Below are positions 47,953-56,043 of a stretch of 56,043 nucleotides of DNA, piece by piece (position 1 is the stretch's first letter; each line of letters begins with the position of its first letter). The stretch is from positions 1-56,043 of IMG/VR virus record IMGVR_UViG_3300044836_000026, one strand, 5' to 3'. Made by a program: the position numbers and the translations under genes. The notes under the pieces were generated by a model. That model did no database searches. It was not told the DNA's origin and saw nothing but the letters and a program-made list of their open reading frames with translations. The stretch is from a virus (taxonomy: Duplodnaviria > Caudoviricetes).

Positions 47953-49514
47953 AAACAGAAACCGAAATCCGTTATGAGGTTCAATGTCAAACCGGATATG
48001 AAGAGTATCTACAGACCTTCGCAGACAGTCCCATTATCCGACCGCCAGAACCCTATGAGATTTACCAACGTGCATTCTTGGACGGTTTAGAGTTTGCAAT
48101 GATAGAAATGAAGCCAAAGTTAAAGAGTAAAGCAAAATGAGATTATTCAAGAGCAAGAAAAAACGAGCATCTGAACTGTTCCAAAAAATCATATCGCGTG
48201 AAAACCAGTTGGATTTGGTTGAGAAAATAGAGCGGGTACGATTTCAAGATAAATCTATAATCCCGGGCGATTTAATAGCCGCTCATTATGAATGTTGGTT
48301 GCTTGTTGTTAAAAAAGAGGGCACGCATTTAACGATAATGTGGGACAACGGAAAAACTGAAACGGTCAATCATTGCGAGTTGCTGAATATAATCTGTTGG
48401 GCTTCGCATTCTAATAGAGAGAATATGAAGGAAATCCCCTACAAGGAACGTTCATACTGGATGTATTACATGGGCAACATATCCGCAAAAGATATTTACA
48501 ATAAAGCATTTGAACTTCAACTGGAAAAAGCAAAATGAAAATGATAATGTTCGCAGACTCTGTTTGGAGTTGGGTGGGGAGACCCAGTGAACGCTACCCA
48601 TCACCTATTTTCAGAGAAATGCCAGACCCTCTTCCGCGCGAATGGCGTATTGCAATTCCGCCGGAAATCAAAATGACTGTTAAAACAGCCATGATTGAGG
48701 TAGGTGAAATTGAACCAAATGAAGTTAAAATAAAATTATACGATCTTGTGAAAGCCGAGGGTTCAAACGATCCGTTTTATCTTTTGAGGAATGAAGATGC
48801 TCTTTGTATCGCTACCAAACTTGAAAAGAGCCTTGATGAATTGTATGGTTTAATTTCACAATGGCGCGAAATCTCATTCCGCGAATTAGAGTCTAAAGGA
48901 CTAAATCCATACGGTGGATTACAATTCCAAAACGACATTAATATCCCCGGATATTATCACGACTTAATAAAAAGCGTTAGAAAAGCGAAGGCGGAATTCA
49001 TAGAAGAAAAAAGCGAGAAGTATTTAGGAAAGATGCAAGATGGAACAGGTAGGAAAATAGTTTATTATTACGATTGAAATATACAAGCAAATGATAAAAG
49101 ACTTAGAGCGTAACAACCTACGGGACTTAGACCAGAGAATGACTGAATATTTGACGGATGATACTATCATTAATCTAAAAAATGACTTACAATCTTTGAA
49201 GTCTGAAAACGGAAAACCGCTACTCGATTTAGTTGAGTGTATGCCCCGTTCTTTCTCTCAGATAATAGCTCAACCGGATTCACGCGAAAACGAATTTATA
49301 CTTTAGCAAACTAATGATTGATAAAATTTTAGTAATATCTGTATTGATTGGAATAATGTTGTGCATTGTTGCAATCTTTGCAATAATTATTTACGATGGA
49401 ACTGGTTGGCGTGTATTTAAAGGTGCTGAAAAAATACTATTTGTTGGGTCGGCTATTTCTATGATTACCCTTTTTGCAAAATTATGTTTTTTGGTGAAGG
49501 AATTATATTTTTAA
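47949..49514 (+). other. cluster of small hypothetical genes (47949-48140, 48137-48538, 48535-49077, 49091-49306, 49314-49514)
   Basis: Packed ORFs; the last is two-TM. Confidence 0.6.
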
Positions 49515-49517
49515 CTT

Positions 49518-50048
49518 ATGATAACCCCAGAAGAATTCTTTGGCGACATGCGGTCATTCCCTATCCGCAAAGAAGATCGGTACGATGAGCCATTGATTGA
49601 CGACTTCATACGCGGCGAGAAATGCGGAATATGCGGAGCGCACCCGCCGAGCACCGTTTCTCATCTACTTGGTAAAGGCAGAACAGGGAATTGGGCTTCC
49701 TCTGTTTTCAAAATGCCTAAGTGTATGGCATGCCACGGTGACTTTGAAGCGTTATCACTTGAAGAATTTGAACTTAAGCACGGTTTTCTACCCGGTGAAA
49801 TGCGCTTGCATGCTTTCCTTTGGGCTGAAAAAATCACTCAACATCTTTGCCAGAAAATTCGTGAGTTGACGGGGGATCAAAAAACCGAACCACGGAAAGC
49901 TAAAGTACGCCAACCCAAGAAGCCAGACTCAGTATTCAAAAAAGTAAAGGGCAACCGAAGCGGACTACAGAAATGCACAATCTGCGGGTTGAAGTCATTC
50001 CCCGTAAATCCGGAGCATTACGAGACCTGTTCGGAGTATCAGGGGTGA
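49518..50048 (+). CDS. HNH-like/DUF968-like zinc-binding nuclease
   Basis: CGICG....SH...MPKCMACH. Confidence 0.6.
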   Translation: MITPEEFFGDMRSFPIRKEDRYDEPLIDDFIRGEKCGICGAHPPSTVSHLLGKGRTGNWASSVFKMPKCMACHGDFEALSLEEFELKHGFLPGEMRLHAFLWAEKITQHLCQKIRELTGDQKTEPRKAKVRQPKKPDSVFKKVKGNRSGLQKCTICGLKSFPVNPEHYETCSEYQG

Positions 50049-50277
50049 GCCGTTTATTTTCGTTTTAACGTGCTTTCCTTGCCCGTGGCGCGATTCAAAG
50101 CCCAGAGACATACATTCCCCGGGGGATACAGCCCCTATTTCCGACAGGGCGAAGGGGAGAAAGAAGTCTGAAAAAATCTTAAAATAAAATATGATGAATT
50201 TGAAGCGTATTGAGCGATTATCGGAAAATCACTAAGGTTCTTTGAAAATGCCGTTAGGATTTTGAAAACCATTAACG

Positions 50278-50285
50278 TATATTTG
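50278..50285 (+). promoter_or_regulatory. Bacteroidota-type -7 element
   Basis: TATATTTG in an intergenic gap upstream of ATG 50309. Confidence 0.6.
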
Positions 50286-50308
50286 TATCGTAAACTTTGA
50301 ACAACGAA

Positions 50309-50838
50309 ATGAAAAAACCTAAATACGAATGGATTTGCGAAAAATGTAATCAGGTGGTTTATGTGCCGTACTTTCATTCGGTAGAAGCTGAACCTATTTC
50401 GCCGGGAGCACCAACATCGCATATTTGTGGAAGTGTCATTGAGAAAAAATCAAATGCAAGGGTTATTTCTTTTGATGCTCTTAAAAGATTGCAATTTACA
50501 AATTCTCCTAAACTGCCTAAGACTATCAAGCTAAATAATGAGATTAAAGAATGGGTTGGTATAGGTTGGGTGGAATCTAATAAAAAAAATTACGAGGCGA
50601 TAATTATATGAAGTTATTAGCATACAATGACCCGCAAAAACTCGCACTTATTTTCAAACGATTATTTGGAATTAAGGTAAAAGAAATGAAGGTGGGTTTA
50701 GGAGTAGGGCATTCTTTAGATGTGAACGGAAAATATATCGGACTGTATAGATTTGAAGAAATGCAAATGGAAAAAGTATTCTGGCGTTTATGGGAAAAGA
50801 TTTTAGAAGAAGGCACTATCACAATCAATACTCTATGA
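50309..50838 (+). other. two small hypothetical genes (50309-50611, 50608-50838)
   Basis: ATGA-coupled ORFs. Confidence 0.6.
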
Positions 50839-51065
50839 ACCGCTTAAAATTTCAAATGATTGAAACGGGCACAACGCCCGAAAAACTTTTAGAATTTCTG
50901 AAAAAGAAAAACATCCCTTGCACAATCCAGACAATTCAAAACTGGAAAGAAGGAAGAGTTTCTTTAGAGAAAGCATCGCATGAAAAAGTTATGGCAATCG
51001 CTGAATTTTTCAACATCTCCGAAGCCGCCCTTCTCTCTGAATTTGACATTGTAATTAGAAACTAA
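50835..51065 (+). CDS. Xre/Cro-like HTH protein
   Basis: TIQTIQNWKEG..KVMAIAEFFNIS. Confidence 0.75.
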   Translation: MNRLKFQMIETGTTPEKLLEFLKKKNIPCTIQTIQNWKEGRVSLEKASHEKVMAIAEFFNISEAALLSEFDIVIRN

Positions 51066-51073
51066 AAGCGAAA

Positions 51074-52914
51074 ATGAAAATACTAAACACCCACGCCCAA
51101 CTAACTCAGGCAGTTAAGGATGGGGTGATAACGCGGGAACAGTCTATTGCGATTTCATACCATAGATATGAGTCGCGAGACTTACAAGCGAATGCATCTA
51201 AAGTTTGGAGTCCGTTCTTTGCCCTTTATCCGGAAGGGCACTGGCGAGATCGCGGGGCAAAATCATTCGTAGGCGATAAGAAAGAATCACTGCCTCTTGC
51301 AATGGAATGGGCTGTTAAAACCTATGGAGAGTTAAACTTAGTTCGTAACCGAATGGGCGATTATGTTCCGAAGATCGTTAATGATATATATCCACTTTCT
51401 AAATAGCAGTTCACCCCCTTAACCAAATAACAACTAAAGACACAATGACACAAGTAAAAGAAATAACTTTAACCAAAGAATTTGCAGCATATTTGTAAAA
51501 CGATCACTTTGACGAATCAGTATGTGAATTCGCCTATTCCGATGCAGATTCCATCGAAGCAAAGAGATTTAATTTCGGAAGGGCTCGGACTTTTAGCTAC
51601 TCCACAGGAGAACAAAGAGCAATGGCAGAAAAAATTACAACAGTAAAATATAGAACGAAAGACGGCAGAGAATTCACAGACAAAGAATCCGCTTCGGATT
51701 GGGAGTCTCTTACGTCAGAGGTAGACAAATGGAATTCTGTTAGAGACTATCGGCACGAAATTCTTATCGGACACAGGGAGAAGGTTCATCTTCATTCCGA
51801 CGATGAAGGTACTGAGGAAATTATAGTAATGTACGAGACTGGAAGGGAATTTGTTTCCTAACCCCCACCACCCACAAAGAACAGGAGTAGAGAACATGGA
51901 CATACCGGAACAGCAAGCTCGGATCGACAGCGACGAAACTATAGTATGCGAATTTTGCGGATACCGCTGCTCTATTCAAACTATAGAATCGCACCTGAGA
52001 GATTGTTTCCATAATCACGAAAATGATGATGAGGAAGAATTTGACAATGACGAACTCGAATTCGGTTCGGGTATGTCACCAGAGGATAAGTTTTAATTCA
52101 CATTAACTTCAGGGAGTATGAATAATAAAAAAAAAGAAAGCTGTAAATGCGTGGTGGCCGAACATGCAGTTGCGCCGTGCAGATCGGGAGAATGCTGGCA
52201 TTTCGGCAATAGTTCAAGGATTAAGCGCGTCTGTATAAATTGCGGCGAAACCGGATTTCAGCAGGACGAATTACAGCAAAATATAAATAGGCAACGCAGA
52301 GAAAGTGCCGATGCTTTCAACGCACAATTTTAACTTCAGGGAGCAGAGAGAACGATGGGATGGAGCTTTTGGGACGATTACAACGAACGCAATTCTGATC
52401 GAGAAGAGATAGTCTTAACGCCAGAGCAGGTAGAGGCTCGAAGAATTCAATCTGAGCAAGCGAAGCAAAGGGCGGCTATTAGAGATAAAAAGCGCGCCGA
52501 ACTTCGGGACAAATTCGGGTTGACGAAAGGACAGCTAAAACGTCTTAGCCGGAAAGGTGATTTAGACCGACTTTTGCGAATGTCGCCGTTGCAACTGCAA
52601 ACCGAACTTCGTAAATGTTGGAGAGGTAAGAATGATGTTTTAAGTATGAAAATTAAAGGAGCTTAACCCCTATGCCCAAACCCCCAACAAAGCAGAGACA
52701 GAAACGGTGGATGCCGGAAGAGAGCGGGTCTTTCTACTATATCATATTCGACATTGATAAATGCGAATTTGAAGCCATGCTTGAACCCCACTATGCCAGT
52801 AGCTACGATTCTCTTATGGTAAAGAACTGCAACTGTTTCCGCACCAAATCCGAAGCTAACCGAGTCTGCAAGAAGTTGAATTTATCCATCAAGCAAATAC
52901 TAAAGGAAAGGTAA
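51074..52914 (+). other. cluster of small hypothetical genes
   Basis: 51074-51406, 51622-51861, ~51851-52096, 52118-52333, 52355-52666, 52672-52914. Confidence 0.55.
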
Positions 52915-53139
52915 TGAAACCAAAAGAAGTTCTTGATCTTGTCTATGAGGCAGAGGCTACTATAGATAAAATAATGAGTAGCGAATTTACCGTAAAAAGC
53001 AAACGGATTGCCCTTGAGGCTATTCGCGATACATTAGATGAAAAGTTAGAAGAGATTCAATATCGGGAAGCCGCATTGATATAAAAAAGCGCGATTTCGA
53101 TTTACTTGTTAAGTTTTACATTACAGATCAAAAACCATT

Positions 53140-53432
53140 ATGACGCCCCCAAGACCGACACCGAAAGAGGTAGAGAAGCTGTTAGAATCTTATGAATTCT
53201 TTAGCAAACCTGAGAATAAAAAATTCACAAGCTCAACTTTCGGAGCTTATCAAATTTGGCGAGATGCTACATAGAAGCATGCAAGGAAAACGAGGGGCTG
53301 AAAGAACTACTTTTCATGCGCGGACAAATGAACATCGCGCCTTGTTTTAATTGTGGCTATAACGGCGAAGGATATTACCAACCTGAGCAACATCCGTGTG
53401 CTGAATTACATCATAAATTATTTAAGCCATAA
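53140..53432 (+). pseudogene. small gene with apparent 1-nt deletion near 53267
   Basis: MTPPRPTPKE...IWRDA continues as YIEACKENEGLKELL...CFNCGY...HPCA in another frame. Confidence 0.45.
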
Positions 53433-54359
53433 CACCAACAAAATCAGACATCGAAGCCTACATACAGGCACATCAGGCAGAGATAGAGGATGCGTGGAAG
53501 TTGTTTTTAGATTACAGTAATAAATGTGCGCCCGTAGAACCAAAACTTTACGATACTAAGGGATATAATTTTACTTTTTCGGTTTGGTGTGACGGCTATG
53601 CTTTTCACGCACTGCAATCCATTCCCGGAGAGGTTAAGTTTGAATGGAGAAAAGATGGAAATCTATACGAGCATCATAAGGTAGAAGAATTGTATGCCGG
53701 GAAAGAAAATGCGATTAGGATTTATTATGAAACACGCGAACAGAGACCAAGATAAGGGATACACGGACGCACGGCAAATATACCAAATGCGGCTCTTAAT
53801 ATGCACAAATACGAAGTTGTCCGGCTCTGGGGTGAGCCCTATTATGTTTTCAGGGCTGACTCTGCTACGGTATTTGGTACTACGAATGGTCGTCCGGCGT
53901 AATAGATCACAGGGCTCTTCTTATTATCATAGGCGACAGCTGTAAAAGAGCTATGAAGGTACGTTATTACCGATGTGAATCACGGAACCCCAACCCCACT
54001 AAAACACGTTGAATAAGGAGTATGAACACTACTAACTCATTTTGGGAAGCGATGTTCCCAGAGCTTAAGCGACTCCGCGAACTACTGCCGGATGAATCAT
54101 CCTATTTCATGTGTGGCAACGGCTCAACTGGACTGGCAACTTACTTTTTGATCGGATGTAACTAATTAATCCCTCATGCCACATAACCTAACAGACAGAC
54201 CCAGAACAATAGCAGAGGATTTCGAGCGACTACAGTTCGCAGTAAATGAATTCAAAGTGGCTATGAAAAGGCATCCGATTCTATCAACAGCTTGCATTTT
54301 ATATGTATTTTTTGTTATGAGATATTTATAATGGGTATAGACTTTTAAGGGAGAATGAT

Positions 54360-54968
54360 TTGAGCGAACAAGTACAAAATAACATCAATGCAATTCAGGA
54401 CGCGATAAACACATCTGCGCCTTTGAATATGCGTCAGGAAAATTTTTGTATAGAGTATTGCCTAAATAAAGGCAACGGTGGGGATGCGGCTGTTCGTGCG
54501 GGGTACTCTGAGGAGTTGGATTCAGCCTATGTTACCGCATCTCGTTTATTAAGAAATCCTAAGATTATCGCTCGTATAGCGCAATTACGGGAAGAATCCG
54601 GGGTTGAATCTGGTGTTAACATAGAATGGGCTGTAAGCAATCTTGTAGAAGTAGTAGAACGCTCATTAACCCGCGAAGGAGTAAGAGATTCAGACGGTAA
54701 TATCATTGAGTGGAAGTACGATTCACGCGGCGTTGTCTCGGCTATTAAGCTCATAGGTGAAATGAAGGGTTGGTTAGAAAAGAAACTACCCGTTTCACCG
54801 GATGCTAAAGCCGCCCGATCCGTACTTGAAGTTGATTACACCCATGCCTTCAAACTCGGGCTAAGAGGTGAGGAGTTATACAGCGCACTGGAAGCATCAA
54901 CCCCGCATCATTCCCGCGAAGAGATAGACGCTTATGTTGCTACTCTGCCGGATAATATGAAGCCGTAA
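54360..54968 (+). CDS. terS: terminase small subunit
   Basis: LNMRQENFCIEY..NG.DAAVRAGYS..TASRLLRNPKI..RI. Confidence 0.92.
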   Translation: MSEQVQNNINAIQDAINTSAPLNMRQENFCIEYCLNKGNGGDAAVRAGYSEELDSAYVTASRLLRNPKIIARIAQLREESGVESGVNIEWAVSNLVEVVERSLTREGVRDSDGNIIEWKYDSRGVVSAIKLIGEMKGWLEKKLPVSPDAKAARSVLEVDYTHAFKLGLRGEELYSALEASTPHHSREEIDAYVATLPDNMKP

Positions 54969-55218
54969 ACCCAAAACGATTTATTGTTTATGTTGTTGAG
55001 TCTCCAGAATTCCCAACCTAAACACTTTGACTCACAACAAACAGGGCATATAAAGTTTTGAATCTATACGTTTTTAACCTCTGAGGTTAATATCTCAATA
55101 ATTCACACTCTCTCGTAAGTAATGGAGCGAAGACTCCGGTTCACCGTTGAGATTTCGTGACCCATGAAAGCGAGAGATTTTATTTTCTAGTTTTCGCATG
55201 ACCCCGGAAATAATGTTG

Positions 55219-55360
55219 TATATTCGCATTGAAACTTTGACAAAAAAAACCTACCTGTTTTCCGAAACCGATTGCCGCGTTTACTTGTCAAAGTTTAACG
55301 GCTACCTTTAATGGTACCTCGGTTTCGCAAAGCAGGTTTTTTGTTTACTAAACTTTGACA
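55219..55360 (+). promoter_or_regulatory. promoter plus structured leader (box/anti-box element 3)
   Basis: TATATTCG; AAACTTTGACA at 55232 and 55350; complement at 55285-55296 inside a 19-bp stem; T-run. Confidence 0.75.
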
Positions 55361-55367
55361 TACTAAT

Positions 55368-56043
55368 ATGGAAACATTACTCAGCTATCACAACGACCAG
55401 AGCGTAAAAGATGCCCTCATTCAGAGAATGGAAGGACATGCAAGAGCCGATGAAATATTACAAGGTGCAACAGGACAGGGAGGCAAAGGCTGTACGGTCT
55501 GGTGCGCTCTTAACAACGGCACTCTGAAAGAAGGATATAGTCATTCATCCTTTAAAAAGATTCTCGGCTTACCGAAATGGCTTGCAATTTTACAGGATAG
55601 GATATTTGAAGGACTGGCAACGGATGACGCGAAGGAGTTCTCTCTGGAATGGCCGAAAGCTATACCGGTTGGGAAAGACCTAACCAAAGTTAAATATCAA
55701 TTCCTGAAATGGGTTTTGAAAGACGGCGAGAAAAACACCTATCAATACTGCACAGACAACGGCAAGATCGCAACGGATAAGGTTTATGCTCTATTGTTCC
55801 GGGCTGAGTTAGGTGATATGCCGAGCATTGACGAATGGAGAGAAGCGCAGAAAGCCGCCTACGCCGCCGCCGACGCCGACGCCGCCTACGCCGCCGCCGC
55901 CGACGCCGCCGCCTACGCCGCCGCCTACGCCGCCGCCGACGCCGCCGCCGCCGCCGCCGCCTACGCCGCCGCCGCCTACGCCTACGCCTACGCCGACGCC
56001 GCCGCCGCCGACGCCGACGCCGCCGCCTACGCCGCCGCCGCCG
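55368..56043 (+). CDS. phage protein with Ala/Tyr/Asp low-complexity tract, 3'-truncated (not in ORF track)
   Basis: METLLSYHND..HARADEI.QG..GKGC.V.C..LQDRIFEGL..AIPVGKDL; frame open to window end. Confidence 0.85.
   Translation, partial: METLLSYHNDQSVKDALIQRMEGHARADEILQGATGQGGKGCTVWCALNNGTLKEGYSHSSFKKILGLPKWLAILQDRIFEGLATDDAKEFSLEWPKAIPVGKDLTKVKYQFLKWVLKDGEKNTYQYCTDNGKIATDKVYALLFRAELGDMPSIDEWREAQKAAYAAADADAAYAAAADAAAYAAAYAAADAAAAAAAYAAAAYAYAYADAAAADADAAAYAAAA
55854..56043 (+). repeat. trinucleotide-type repeat of GCC/TAC/GAC codons
   Basis: About 63 consecutive codons that are only GCC, TAC or GAC. Confidence 0.97.

Noticed and set aside
55074-55090. Perfect palindrome TTAACCTC-T-GAGGTTAA after terS as a cos/pac site or operator
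   Set aside because: Single occurrence with no supporting copies or terminus data
55854-56043. NNC-only codons resembling a DGR variable region derived from AAC codons
   Set aside because: No reverse transcriptase or template repeat in the window; only three codon types occur, which fits slippage better
1-56043. Stop-codon reassignment
   Set aside because: Long core genes are uninterrupted in the standard code, and TAA, TAG and TGA all end genes at tight junctions
1-56043. CRISPR array or tRNA genes
   Set aside because: No regularly spaced repeats; the cloverleaf-like leaders lack T-loop, D-loop and acceptor-stem consensus

Overview
A near-complete tailed-phage genome (~56 kb, HK97-type head, long non-contractile tail inferred), opened between terS (end of window) and terL (start). 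The sequence stops inside a GCC/TAC/GAC codon repeat. Recurrent TAnnTTTG promoter motifs and a Gln at +1 after a signal peptide point to a Bacteroidota/Chlorobi/Ignavibacteria-type host. Gene order: terL, portal, protease, capsid, neck genes, an embedded GT9 glycosyltransferase, tail tube, chaperone with a -1 frameshift, tape measure, a 5.4 kb accessory island (IS1595 transposase, two Xre HTHs, envelope morons), a large tail protein, a membrane-protein-rich lysis region, a second fibre operon, then early genes, recombination genes, a beta clamp, helicase, methylase, initiator, DnaC-like ATPase and terS. I recognised no integrase, DNA polymerase, tRNA or CRISPR array. Top observations: (1) a stand-alone ETR1-like ethylene/copper-binding membrane domain translationally coupled to the head of the lysis cassette; (2) three sequence-unrelated leaders sharing a C4/CI-like 'box / anti-box in loop / U-tract' RNA architecture; (3) a tail-fibre-like protein with a Sec signal peptide; (4) a GT9 enzyme inside the virion operon; (5) a self-folding small-ORF cassette that looks like a type I toxin mRNA. 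All family assignments come from motif recognition by eye. No database searches were run.
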